64,000 bases of DNA. It comes from Pseudomonadota bacterium (GTDB lineage: Bacteria > Chloroflexota > Ktedonobacteria > Ktedonobacterales > JADMIN01). The stretch spans positions 6,745 through 70,744 of the forward strand of contig JAJPIU010000240.1 in the NCBI GenBank assembly GCA_021324535.1, in the 5' to 3' direction. Made by a program: the position numbers and the translations under genes. The notes beneath the pieces were generated by a model. It was not told the origin of the DNA and ran no database searches. It saw nothing but the letters and a program-made list of their open reading frames with translations. Positions 17,708 to 26,947 of this stretch are shown here, in pieces (position 1 is the stretch's first letter; every line of letters begins with the position of its first letter).

Positions 17708-20116
17708 ATGGCTATTACAGTTCGCCCCACTGCTTCCGGCGTGGCGCCCACGCCGGGCAGCGATTCGTCTCAGCGGAATGAGTACGGCCAGCCCACCTTC
17801 ACGGTGACGATTGATGGTCGCACGATGCAGGCATATGAGGGGCAGACACTGCTGAGCGTCGCCGAGGAGAACGGTATCCTCGATATTCCCAACCTCTGCA
17901 ACGACGACAAGCTGGAGCCGACCTCTGCCTGTCGCATGTGTCTGGTTGAGATCGAGGGGTTTGACCGCCCGGCGCCCTCGTGCAACACCGCTGCCACGCC
18001 GGGCATGGTGGTGCGCACGAAGTCCGACCGGCTAACGCACATTCGCCGCACCAATCTTGAGATGATCCTCTCGGATCACAACGCCTACTGCCAGCCGCCC
18101 TGCCAGATCGGCTGCCCCACGCATATTGACATCCCTGGCTATCTTGAACTGATCGCCCAAGGGCAGAACCGTGAGGCGGCGCGTCTGGTCAAAGAGGTGC
18201 TGCCCTTCCCCTATATTCTCGGCCTGACCTGCCCGGCGCCCTGCCAGGAGGTCTGTCGGCGTGGGCTGGTGGAGGAAGAGATCGCCATCTGCCGCATGCA
18301 CGGCTTTGCCGCCGAGCAGTGTATAGAAGACCCGCCGACCCCATGGCCGCAGGAAGCGCCGACCGGCAAGAAGGTCGCCATTGTGGGCGCTGGCCCGGCT
18401 GGACTGACGGCGGCGTATTACCTTGCCTTGAAGGGCCACTATTGCAAGGTCTTCGATATGATGCCTCAGCCCGGCGGCATGCTACGCTACGGCATCCCTG
18501 AGTATCGCCTGCCAAAGAACATGATGGATCGCGAGTTGGAGAGCGTCTGGAAGCTCGGCGTGGACGCGCAATACAATGTCAAGTTGGGCGTGGACTTCAC
18601 GATTGACGACCTCTTCAACGAGGGCTTCGATGCCGTGTTCCTGGCGATTGGCTGCTGGACATCCAACGAGCTTGGCTTGCCCGGCGAGGATAATCCGGGG
18701 GTCGTCAACGCCATTACCTATCTGATGGATAAGACGCAGGGCCTGCCGGTTCCAGTGGACGATACGCGCGAGGTGGTCGTGTTGGGCGGCGGCTTCACGA
18801 CGTTCGACTGCACGCGCACCTCGCTTCGCCTGGGCGCGAAGGTACATACGGTCTACCGCCGCGGACGCCAGGAGATGACCGCCACTTTTGAGGAGGTAGA
18901 GGACGGCCAGAGCGAGGGCACTGACCTCCAACTCTTCGCCTCGGCCAGCAGCTTGAAGATCAACGATAAGGGTGAACTGACCGGCATCGAGTTCCAGCGC
19001 ATGAAGCTTGGTGAGCCGGACTCTTCAGGCCGCCGACGCCCCGTGCCCATCGAAGGCAGTGAGTATGTCATCGAGTGCGACACGGTGATTCCGGCGTATG
19101 GTCAGAAGTGCGACCGCTCGGTGTTGCCCGATGAATACTGGACGAAGCGCACGACCATTGAGACCGATCCCTACAACTTCATGACGAAGCGCAAGGGTGT
19201 CTTCGCCGCTGGCGACGCCGTGCTGGGCGCTGCGACGATCATCCAGGGCATCGGTCAGGCCAAGCTGGCCGCCCGCGCGATTGACGCCTACCTGCGCGGC
19301 GAGGATATGGCCGCCGTCTCGAAGCGCATCGAGGCCGAGGAGGCCAAGCCCGACCTCTTCGACATCGTGCCCTACAAGCCAGTTGAGCCGAAGGTGAAGA
19401 TGCCCATGCTGCCCTATGAGGAGCGCAAGCGCAACTTCCGCCTGATCGAACTTGGCTACACGCCTGAGCAAGCAAAACGCGAGGCAGGGCGCTGTCTGCA
19501 ATGCGCCTGTCCGGCAGCGGGACAATGCGACCTGCAAAAGCATAGCATCGAGTATGGTCTGACGGATAACCGTTTCCACGACGGCGAGCCGACCGACTAT
19601 CATGACTATGAATTTGATATGTCGCACAGCTTCATCCTACGTGACCCCAACAAGTGCATCAACTGCACGCAGTGTGTGCGCGTTTGCCATGATGTGATTG
19701 GCCCGAACTGTTACGGCATGTTTGGCAAGGGCTTCGATACGATTGTCTCGACACCGTTCAACGTCTCGCTCCACGCGACCGACTGTGTGTCGTGTGGAGC
19801 GTGCGTGCAGGTCTGCCCGACCGGCTCGCTGATGATGGCTGAACGCGAGCTGGTGCGCTGGGACTTCGCGCTCGACCGCTGCATCTTCTGCGGCGACTGC
19901 GTAGAGGTCTGCCCACACGGCGCGCTTGGCGAGACGCCAAACTTCGAGCTATCGTTCTACAATCGCTTCGGCGAAGACATCAACATGCCCATGCAGGATG
20001 TCGCCCGCGCGCCGTCGTTCCTGGTGCGCCAGCGTGTGCCACGCAAACAGGGCGACGCCATGGAGGAGCCAAACCCGCTGGTGCGCCCGCTGCCCGCACG
20101 GCGCATCAGAGAGTAA
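17708..20116 (+). CDS. Fusion protein: NuoG-type N-terminal [2Fe-2S] domain, GltD-like (glutamate synthase small-subunit family) FAD/NAD(P)H oxidoreductase, and NuoG-type plus 2x[4Fe-4S] ferredoxin C-terminus
   Basis: FTVTIDGRTMQAYEGQTLL...CRMCLVEIEG; CQPPCQIGCP...CPAPCQEVC; KKVAIVGAGPAGLTAAYYL and VVVLGGGFTTFDC Rossmann motifs; CINCTQCVRVCHDV; CVSCGACVQVCPTG; CIFCGDCVEVCPHG. Confidence 0.85.
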   Translation: MAITVRPTASGVAPTPGSDSSQRNEYGQPTFTVTIDGRTMQAYEGQTLLSVAEENGILDIPNLCNDDKLEPTSACRMCLVEIEGFDRPAPSCNTAATPGMVVRTKSDRLTHIRRTNLEMILSDHNAYCQPPCQIGCPTHIDIPGYLELIAQGQNREAARLVKEVLPFPYILGLTCPAPCQEVCRRGLVEEEIAICRMHGFAAEQCIEDPPTPWPQEAPTGKKVAIVGAGPAGLTAAYYLALKGHYCKVFDMMPQPGGMLRYGIPEYRLPKNMMDRELESVWKLGVDAQYNVKLGVDFTIDDLFNEGFDAVFLAIGCWTSNELGLPGEDNPGVVNAITYLMDKTQGLPVPVDDTREVVVLGGGFTTFDCTRTSLRLGAKVHTVYRRGRQEMTATFEEVEDGQSEGTDLQLFASASSLKINDKGELTGIEFQRMKLGEPDSSGRRRPVPIEGSEYVIECDTVIPAYGQKCDRSVLPDEYWTKRTTIETDPYNFMTKRKGVFAAGDAVLGAATIIQGIGQAKLAARAIDAYLRGEDMAAVSKRIEAEEAKPDLFDIVPYKPVEPKVKMPMLPYEERKRNFRLIELGYTPEQAKREAGRCLQCACPAAGQCDLQKHSIEYGLTDNRFHDGEPTDYHDYEFDMSHSFILRDPNKCINCTQCVRVCHDVIGPNCYGMFGKGFDTIVSTPFNVSLHATDCVSCGACVQVCPTGSLMMAERELVRWDFALDRCIFCGDCVEVCPHGALGETPNFELSFYNRFGEDINMPMQDVARAPSFLVRQRVPRKQGDAMEEPNPLVRPLPARRIRE

Positions 20117-20140
20117 CCTCACCCCCTGTCCCCTCATTCA

Positions 20141-20173
20141 TCCCCTTCCCCACACGGGAAGGGGGCTTTTTTT
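20141..20173 (+). terminator. Rho-independent terminator of the nuo-like operon
   Basis: CCCCTTCCC-CACAC-GGGAAGGGG stem-loop followed by CTTTTTTTG, about 25 nt after the stop at 20116. Confidence 0.8.
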
Positions 20174-20240
20174 GTGTGTGGACAGCTTCCGCCGAAGCGT
20201 CGCGCTCCTGGGCGGCGTGTCTTGCCTGACGAGATGGATG

Positions 20241-20282
20241 GTGGGCGGTTGAAACGGCGCCTAAGGGCTGCGCCACACCGGG
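20241..20282 (+). repeat. Copy (5' half) of the dispersed intergenic repeat family
   Basis: GGGCGGTTGAAACGGCGCCTAAGGGCTGCGCCAC aligns with 32893..32928 and with the reverse complements of 23525..23560 and 33280..33315. Confidence 0.55.
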
Positions 20283-20384
20283 TGATTGGAGAAAGATCAG
20301 CAAGCGGCCTGCCACTTGACATCTCATGTATACTATTCTGGAGAATGCCGAGAGTCCGAGATGAGCGGAAGACGATTTTAGGAG

Positions 20385-21266
20385 ATGGAGCGATTCATGT
20401 CGTGGTTCTTCAGGCGTTGGCGACGCAGCCCAGTGACCAACGAGCCAACGGCGCCGGATAATTATCTCTACGGCGAAAGTGAGGCAGAGACCAGCCGCCT
20501 CGATTTCCAGCACTATATGTTTCGCCTTGCCTTTAACGGCGATTATTCCGCGCCGATCCGGGGAATAGGCGACATTCTCGATGTCGCCTGTGGCACGGGA
20601 CGTTGGGCGCGCGATATGGCGCGCCGCTTTCCACAGGCGAACGTGGTGGGCTTTGATCTCAACCGCAACCTTCTGGATGCCTCGCTCGCCGAAGGCACTG
20701 ACATCATGCCGGAGAATTGCACGTTTGTCACTGGCGACGCCTTGCAACCCTTCGCGTTTCCTGATGGCGCGTTCAGTTTCGTGATGGCCCGCGCCTGTTC
20801 ATCGTTTATCCCAACGGATCAGTGGCCACAGGTAGTGAGCCAGATGGCGCGTGTCACGCAACCGGGTGGCTGGATCGAAGTGCGCGACTTTGGGCAGGTA
20901 CGTAGCACAAACGTCGCGCTCAACGCGCTGACCCAGCGATTTACCACGCTGGCGCAGGCGCGTGGTATCCATCCCGGCTCCGGCGCGTTCCTCCAATCGT
21001 ATCTCACGCAGGCGCGTCTGCGCGATGTCCAGATACGCCAGGTTCGCCTGCGTAGCGGGGCGCAGCGTGCGACCAGAGCGGGTCAACTCATGCTGGCGGA
21101 TTACCTGGCTATTCTTGAACGGGTGGCGCCCCTCATTGAGCGCGCGGGCCTGGCCAGCGCTGAGCAGTGGCAATCGCTCGTGGCGCAGGCGCGTTACGAG
21201 ACGCGCCTGGCCCCCGACATGCAATATGCCGAGGTCGAGTTGACTGCCGCCTTCGGTCGGCGCTGA
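20385..21266 (+). CDS. Class I SAM-dependent methyltransferase
   Basis: Motif I ILDVACGTGRWARDMA, VVGFDLN and a post-motif GGWIEV. The start may instead be the ATG at 20397. Confidence 0.8.
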   Translation: MERFMSWFFRRWRRSPVTNEPTAPDNYLYGESEAETSRLDFQHYMFRLAFNGDYSAPIRGIGDILDVACGTGRWARDMARRFPQANVVGFDLNRNLLDASLAEGTDIMPENCTFVTGDALQPFAFPDGAFSFVMARACSSFIPTDQWPQVVSQMARVTQPGGWIEVRDFGQVRSTNVALNALTQRFTTLAQARGIHPGSGAFLQSYLTQARLRDVQIRQVRLRSGAQRATRAGQLMLADYLAILERVAPLIERAGLASAEQWQSLVAQARYETRLAPDMQYAEVELTAAFGRR

Positions 21267-21337
21267 ACGCCTGTCGCCCCTGTTTCATACCACTGGCAAA
21301 TGCTGTTTGCAGTAATGGCGCGTTGGCTTGGGTTGGC

Positions 21338-22399
21338 CTAGCGCCGACCAAACGGCCAAAAACTTCGCCTGGTCGGCGCAGCGATGGGGGCAGTGGCGAC
21401 CTCGTTGAGCGCAGGTATCACCCGCTCCGCGAGCAGATGCACGGTCTCCAGGTCGTGGCCCCAGAGCGAGGTCATGAAATATTGTGCTCCTACCGCAACC
21501 AGGCGGCGATAGTGCTCGATAGCTTCGTCAGGAGTCGCGATCAGCGTGCTGGTGCGGAAGAGTTCGCGCAGTGGCGGCGGCATCGTCGCGGCTTTGGCTT
21601 CCGCCTGGGCATGGGTTGGCGCCAGGATGGTGGTCAGGTTCAGGAACGAGCGCAGGATCGCGTCGTAAGGGCGGCCTATCGCCTCGCAGTGGCGCTTGAG
21701 CGCATCATATTTGCGCTGCACATCTTCGAGGGTAAAGGCGTTCCCGGCCAGCGCGCTCGCCGCCATATTGGAGACATCGCCGTACTGCGCGACCTGGCGT
21801 AGCGTCACCCGCTCGCCGCCGCCAGCGATCATCAGCGGTACATGCGACTGTTGCGGGCCGGGCGCGGCGCTCGCTCCATCTACGTGAAACTGCTTGCCGT
21901 GGTAGGTGAAGGTTGGGTTGCGCCAAAGCCCCTCGATGATGTGAATCGCATCCTCCAGCCCTTGAAGGCGTTCAGAGACTGGCGGCGCCGCGATCCCTAG
22001 CTGCTCGAACTCATGGGTATCGTCACCGATGCCCAGACCCAGGATCAGCCGCCCATTGCTGATGCGATCCACATCGGCGGCCATGCGGGCGAGCAGCGCG
22101 GGATTGCGATAGTAGACGCAGGTGGTCATCGTGCCCAAGCGTATTCGGCTTGTCACCGCCGCAACCGCGCTCAGGGTTGTCCAGCAGTCAAATCCAAAGA
22201 CAGGGTGATCATACGTCCAATACGAATCGAAGCCTAGCTCTTCCGCCGCCCGCACGACCTCCAGATAGGCGGGCCAGTCGTCCATCGTGGTGACTTGCGC
22301 CACGCCAAAGCGAATCTTGCCCTTGCCAGCCGCGACCCAGGGATGGATGGGGCGATTGCTGACGGGTTTCTCTTGCTCCGATTGTTCAGACGGATTCAT
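21338..22399 (-). CDS. LLM-class (luciferase-like) flavin/F420-dependent oxidoreductase
   Basis: IRFGVAQVT...ELGFDSYWTYDHP...GRLILGLGIG pattern. GAGGGAG SD upstream. Confidence 0.8.
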   Translation of the reverse strand: MNPSEQSEQEKPVSNRPIHPWVAAGKGKIRFGVAQVTTMDDWPAYLEVVRAAEELGFDSYWTYDHPVFGFDCWTTLSAVAAVTSRIRLGTMTTCVYYRNPALLARMAADVDRISNGRLILGLGIGDDTHEFEQLGIAAPPVSERLQGLEDAIHIIEGLWRNPTFTYHGKQFHVDGASAAPGPQQSHVPLMIAGGGERVTLRQVAQYGDVSNMAASALAGNAFTLEDVQRKYDALKRHCEAIGRPYDAILRSFLNLTTILAPTHAQAEAKAATMPPPLRELFRTSTLIATPDEAIEHYRRLVAVGAQYFMTSLWGHDLETVHLLAERVIPALNEVATAPIAAPTRRSFWPFGRR

Positions 22400-22585
22400 T
22401 GCGCCGCTCCCTCGCCTATTAGGTGGTTTCCAGACACACGGAGTGAACCTTTTTCATCGAGCACATGCCAGGTCTGCTCGCACGCAGGCCACTCCCTCTC
22501 TGCAAGGCAGTGTATCAGGTTATTTCACGGTGTGGCAATACCTGGAGCGCCATCCCTATCCTGGATGATCTCACGTTTGCCCTGT

Positions 22586-23299
22586 TCAGAGATGCTTTCT
22601 GGCTTTCGCCGGGGCAGGCTTGGCTTCCGCATAGGCAACCACGACCCGCCAGTAGTACAGGTGACGCCGGATGAACTCCAGCAGGAAGAGTGTTACGATC
22701 ATTGCCGCAACGAAACTGGTGGCGCCTGGTAGGCGCATCACACCATCAATCCAGGCGAAGGCGCCGAGCGCGCTGGCCAGCGCCAAGAGCAGCAAGATGG
22801 CGGCCCCGATGATATTGAATCGCTGCCCCGACTTCCGCATGGGTCGGAGATAGGCGAATAGGCTGGCGTTCTCCGCATGGAAGCCAGCGTTGCGATTGGT
22901 GAGGCCAATCGCCAGCGTCGAGAGCGCCACCAGCACGGCGACACCTATCAACCATGCCTGCTCATTCGTCCGTATCGAATGGTTGAGGAAAAGCTCGAAC
23001 GCGCCGACGATGAATGGGATGATAGCGTAAAACATATCGGGAACCTGCACCCAGGAGAGCGTATCTATACTGACCTGGTTCCACGCGGCGATCAGCAGCA
23101 GAAATGTGGGGACGACGAGCAACCATTGCGTCGGCGAGAAATGGGTATAGCTCGCGAAGACGACGCCCGCTAGATCAGCCAGCGCCACCCCCTGCACAAT
23201 GCTCATCAGCGTCAGCGACGTGGTGGTGGCCGACTCCTTCAGTCGCCGCAGCAACGTATCACGGCTCTCGCCATCGCCGGGCAGTTCGTCGCGCTCCAT
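22586..23299 (-). CDS. Hypothetical polytopic membrane protein
   Basis: 237 aa with 5-6 hydrophobic helices. AGGAGGA SD upstream of the ATG. Confidence 0.65.
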   Translation of the reverse strand: MERDELPGDGESRDTLLRRLKESATTTSLTLMSIVQGVALADLAGVVFASYTHFSPTQWLLVVPTFLLLIAAWNQVSIDTLSWVQVPDMFYAIIPFIVGAFELFLNHSIRTNEQAWLIGVAVLVALSTLAIGLTNRNAGFHAENASLFAYLRPMRKSGQRFNIIGAAILLLLALASALGAFAWIDGVMRLPGATSFVAAMIVTLFLLEFIRRHLYYWRVVVAYAEAKPAPAKARKHL

Positions 23300-23500
23300 A
23301 GGTGTTCCTCCTGGCTGACTGGCTGTATATTCTCCATCGTGGCGCTACAACACTCAATCAATGTCAATTCAGAATGAGTGCGTACTGGCATGCCAGACGC
23401 CATCCCGTCAGGTCACACGCCGCCAGGGACAGCGGCGGTACTCGCTTGGCTCTGCTGCTCGGCATGCTACAACATTACCTTGCAGCGACCATCTTCGGCT

Positions 23501-23566
23501 GAGACGAGGCCACGCAGGTGGCCTTTGTGGCGTAGCCTCTAGGCGCGGGTTTACCCGCCCGCCGCT
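23501..23566 (-). repeat. Copy of the dispersed intergenic repeat family, with hairpin GGCCAC-GCAG-GTGGCC
   Basis: GAGGCCACGCAGGTGGCCTTTGTGGCGTAGCCTCTAGGCGCGGGTTTACCCGCCCGCC aligns with 33251..33318. The stem differs from that copy by two compensated pairs. Confidence 0.65.
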
Positions 23567-23614
23567 CTCTGCCGCTCGCTCTGCCGCACGCCGCTATAAC
23601 GCTACACCATCATC

Positions 23615-24760
23615 TTACCCCGCGAATGGGAGTTGCAGGCCGGGGCGCACGTCGAGGTCGAAGCCGTTGCGCTCACCCAGCCGCAGATGAAAGTACGCCG
23701 CCGCGCCAATCATCGCCGCGTTGTCGGTGCAGAGCGCCACTGGCGGAAAACGCAGAGCAATCCCCAATGGCGTAAGCTCTGCTGTCAGCCGTTCACGTAG
23801 CGCCAGATTGGCCGCCACACCGCCCGCCAGCAACACCTGGCGCACGCCAAGTGTCCGCGCTGCCTGGGTTGTCTTCGTCGCCAGCACATCCACTACAGCT
23901 TCCTGAAAAGCCGCCGCCAGATCGGGGATGCTCAGCGCCGCCGCGCCCTCAGCCGATTCGCCAGCGCGGCGGTAGCGACTCCCCTTTGTTTTTGCGCTGG
24001 CCTTCGTCTGACTGGCGCCTGCATTCAAAGCGCCCTTTACTATCTCAAGCGTCGCCGTCTTCAGGCCGCTGAAGCTGAAATCGTAGCTGTCCTTCAGCCA
24101 GGCGCGCGGCAGGCGATAAGGATTGGGCTGCGCAGGGTCGCGCTGGCGGGCGGCGCGCTCAATGGCCGGGCCGCCCGGATAGCCCAGCCCCAGCAGCCGC
24201 GAGACTTTATCAAACGCCTCGCCTGCCGCATCGTCGCGCGTCTGCCCCAGCAGTTCATAGCGTCCGTGGTGAGGAATCGAGACAAGTTCGGTATGCGCGC
24301 CGGAGATCACCAGCGCCAGCAGCGGAAACTGCGGGTCGCCTGGCCATACCTCGTGATCGACATCCGTCGGAGGCGCATCGCTAACCGCTTCTGTGCGTAG
24401 CCAGTTGGCGTAGATGTGCGCTTCGAGATGGTTGACGCCTAGGAAGGGTAGGCCGCGCGCCATCGCCATGGTTTTGCCCGCCGTCAGGCCGACCAACAGC
24501 GAACCGGCCAGCCCCGGCCCATATGTCGCCGCGATGGCGTCAATCTGCTCCCAGCCAATCCCGGCCTCGGCAAACGCCATATCGAGCGTGGGGATGAGCG
24601 CGCTCACCTGCTGGCGCGAGGCCACCTCAGGCACCACGCCGCCATAGCGCGCATGGACGCTTGCCTGCGAGGCGACCACGTTCGCACGAATGATGCGCCC
24701 GTCCTCGATGATGGCAGCGCCCGTCTCGTCACAGGAGCTTTCAATTGCAAGAATCCGCAT
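23615..24760 (-). CDS. tsaD: tRNA N6-adenosine threonylcarbamoyltransferase TsaD
   Basis: MRILAIESSCDETGAAII..., HLEAHIYA, and the Kae1/TsaD fold pattern. It carries a ~35-aa Lys/Ala/Ser-rich insertion. Confidence 0.9.
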   Translation of the reverse strand: MRILAIESSCDETGAAIIEDGRIIRANVVASQASVHARYGGVVPEVASRQQVSALIPTLDMAFAEAGIGWEQIDAIAATYGPGLAGSLLVGLTAGKTMAMARGLPFLGVNHLEAHIYANWLRTEAVSDAPPTDVDHEVWPGDPQFPLLALVISGAHTELVSIPHHGRYELLGQTRDDAAGEAFDKVSRLLGLGYPGGPAIERAARQRDPAQPNPYRLPRAWLKDSYDFSFSGLKTATLEIVKGALNAGASQTKASAKTKGSRYRRAGESAEGAAALSIPDLAAAFQEAVVDVLATKTTQAARTLGVRQVLLAGGVAANLALRERLTAELTPLGIALRFPPVALCTDNAAMIGAAAYFHLRLGERNGFDLDVRPGLQLPFAG

Positions 24761-24773
24761 AACTTGCCCGGCC

Positions 24774-25421
24774 TTACCCTATCACCGCAGGCGAGTTGTC
24801 CGCCTCAAGCCGCGCCAGCAGCTTCGCGCGCAACTGCGAGAAACGCTCGGCGTAGGCGGGGGTATCAATATCATCGGTGGTCATGATGTAGGCGTCCTCG
24901 TTGTTATCGCTGTAATAGCGGCGGCGGCGGCCTTCTTGCTTGAAGCCATATTTGCGATAGAGGTTCTGTGCAATAGTATTGGAAACACGCACCTCGAGCG
25001 TCACGCGGGCGGCGTGGATGGTGTAGGCGATGCCGATCAGCGACGAGAGCATCAACTCGCCAACGCCGCGTCCCCGATAGGCAGGATGCGCCGCGATGGT
25101 AGTGATATGCGCCTCATCCACCATCAGCCAGAGGCCCGCGAAGCCAACAATCGTGGCAGCGTCGGGCGTGACCTGTTGCGAGCGATGCGGCAGCCAGGAG
25201 AACGGGAAGGGACGCCGGGGCGGTGATTCCTTATTCGCCGGTTGCGCCATGACCAGTTCGTTCAGGCGCGTGTCGCGCACAACGATATAGTGCGCTGTGC
25301 GCTTCTCTTGTAGTTCGCCGCGATAGGCGCTGGGTGGCCAGGGTGTCGGATACGCCAGTTTCTCGATCTCGACAACCCGTGGGATGTCGCCAAGCGTCAT
25401 CCGATCAACCACGTAACGCAT
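24774..25421 (-). CDS. rimI: Ribosomal-protein-alanine N-acetyltransferase RimI (GNAT)
   Basis: Start MRYVVDRMTLGDIPRVVEIEKLAYPTPW at 25421. GNAT motif A is RGRGVGELMLSSLI. The track ORF's N-terminal extension overlaps tsaB and is rejected. Confidence 0.85.
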   Translation of the reverse strand: MRYVVDRMTLGDIPRVVEIEKLAYPTPWPPSAYRGELQEKRTAHYIVVRDTRLNELVMAQPANKESPPRRPFPFSWLPHRSQQVTPDAATIVGFAGLWLMVDEAHITTIAAHPAYRGRGVGELMLSSLIGIAYTIHAARVTLEVRVSNTIAQNLYRKYGFKQEGRRRRYYSDNNEDAYIMTTDDIDTPAYAERFSQLRAKLLARLEADNSPAVIG

Positions 25422-26313
25422 GCGTGGTCCCTTCTTCGTGTTCTTGCTGTTCCGGTTGCTGTATGCGCTGCATACGCTGGTCGAGCGTCGGCTTCGCGCT
25501 GGTGGTGATGGCCGGTCGCCGCAAATACAGCGGTTCGAGCGCGGCCAGGTCTTCGGTTGTGTTGAGCGCGCCTTGCCCTGTCGCCAGCCGCGCCAATGCC
25601 AGTTGCGCCAGGCTCCATGCGCGCCGTGGGGTCGCATCGAAGCGCGCCTGTACGCCCTGAACGGCAAGCGCAGCCTCAATCGCTGCTCGCGTGTCGGGTC
25701 GCCACTCGCCACAGAGCAACGTCTCGGTTGACTCGCGCGCCAACGCCTCCACCAGCCGCTCAGGAGCCATTACCTGATAGCGCGCCTGGGCGTCGGCGCC
25801 TTCGCCTGGCTGCCCTTCAGCGGTGGGCATGAGAACAGGCGTTGGCCCCCATGCGCTTATGCCGAGTATGTTAGCGTCTCTATAAGAAATATAACGCGCG
25901 GCGTAGACTTCGCCACGTCCTGCGTCGAGCAGCGACCAGACGGGTTCCTGCGCGGGTAGTGTGGCGTATGCGCCCCAGGCGATTATGTCGAGTGTGGGAT
26001 GCGCTGAGACGGGTACGCCAAGCGCAAAGCCAAGCGATTTCGCGGTTGTCACGGCGACACGCACGCCATTGAACGAGCCGGGGCCGGTCGCCACAGCCAG
26101 CGCCGTTATCTGCGCCATGTCGGCGTTCTGCGTGCGGAGCAGCCATTCGATGCGCTGAAGCAGTTCGACGCTATGCCTCTGGCCCACCTCCCAGGTATGC
26201 TCAACAAGCAGGCGCTGCTGAATGGAGAGCATGGCGTCGGCGGCGGCTGCTGGTGGATACGCCACAAGCGCGACGGTGGCGAGGCTGGTGGAGGTGTCAA
26301 TCGCCAGCAGCAT
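25405..26313 (-). CDS. tsaB: tRNA threonylcarbamoyladenosine biosynthesis protein TsaB, with a C-terminal extension
   Basis: Start MLLAIDTSTSLATVAL at 26313. GPGSFNGVRVAVTTAK motif. Overlaps rimI by 17 nt. Confidence 0.85.
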   Translation of the reverse strand: MLLAIDTSTSLATVALVAYPPAAAADAMLSIQQRLLVEHTWEVGQRHSVELLQRIEWLLRTQNADMAQITALAVATGPGSFNGVRVAVTTAKSLGFALGVPVSAHPTLDIIAWGAYATLPAQEPVWSLLDAGRGEVYAARYISYRDANILGISAWGPTPVLMPTAEGQPGEGADAQARYQVMAPERLVEALARESTETLLCGEWRPDTRAAIEAALAVQGVQARFDATPRRAWSLAQLALARLATGQGALNTTEDLAALEPLYLRRPAITTSAKPTLDQRMQRIQQPEQQEHEEGTTHALRG

Positions 26314-26947
26314 GCGCGCGCTCCTTCTGGGGACGTTTGGATGTGGGCGTCGGTGTGGCTCCTGAGGAAATTTGGTTTGGAGTGACAGATAGCGCCGCCT
26401 GCGCAAAAGCAGCGAGCAGCGCCATACCCCGTGCGCCATGCGCCGAGCAGTGTAACTCGCGCAGTTCACGTCCGCCGCTGCCCTTTGCGCCAGGCATGGA
26501 GAAGCGGATGTGCAGCCAGCTCGCGGGCCAGGGTGAGGCAGCGCCATGCGCCCCATCGGCGTATTCGCCCCGCTCAGCCCACTCTACCACACTCACGCCA
26601 TCGCCGCCAAAGTAGTCCTCGAAGCCAAGCGCGCTCACTTCTTCAGGCGTCTCGATGCGATAGAGATCGAAATGGTAGAGCGACAGCCGCCCGACGTATT
26701 CTTTGAGGATGGTGAAGGTGGGGCTGTTGACGGTGGAGGTAACTCCCAGGCCACGCGCGATCCCCTGGGTGAAGGCGGTTTTGCCAGCGCCTAGCGCGCC
26801 CTGTAAGAGGATGACATCGCCAGAGACGAGCAGTTCGCCAAGCAGCGCGCCCAGCCGATGCGTCTCAGCAAGGCTGCGGCTGACCAGTGTTGCTTCAACA
26901 GGAGGATTATTGCTGTTCTGGCTCACGGAGCTGCTCCAATGTATCAC
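26297..26947 (-). CDS. tsaE: tRNA threonylcarbamoyladenosine biosynthesis ATPase TsaE, with a C-terminal extension
   Basis: LQGALGAGKTAFTQGIARGLG P-loop, SPTFTI and LYHFDLYR motifs. A possible GTG start lies at 26926. Overlaps tsaB by 17 nt. Confidence 0.85.
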   Translation of the reverse strand: MIHWSSSVSQNSNNPPVEATLVSRSLAETHRLGALLGELLVSGDVILLQGALGAGKTAFTQGIARGLGVTSTVNSPTFTILKEYVGRLSLYHFDLYRIETPEEVSALGFEDYFGGDGVSVVEWAERGEYADGAHGAASPWPASWLHIRFSMPGAKGSGGRELRELHCSAHGARGMALLAAFAQAALSVTPNQISSGATPTPTSKRPQKERAHAAGD

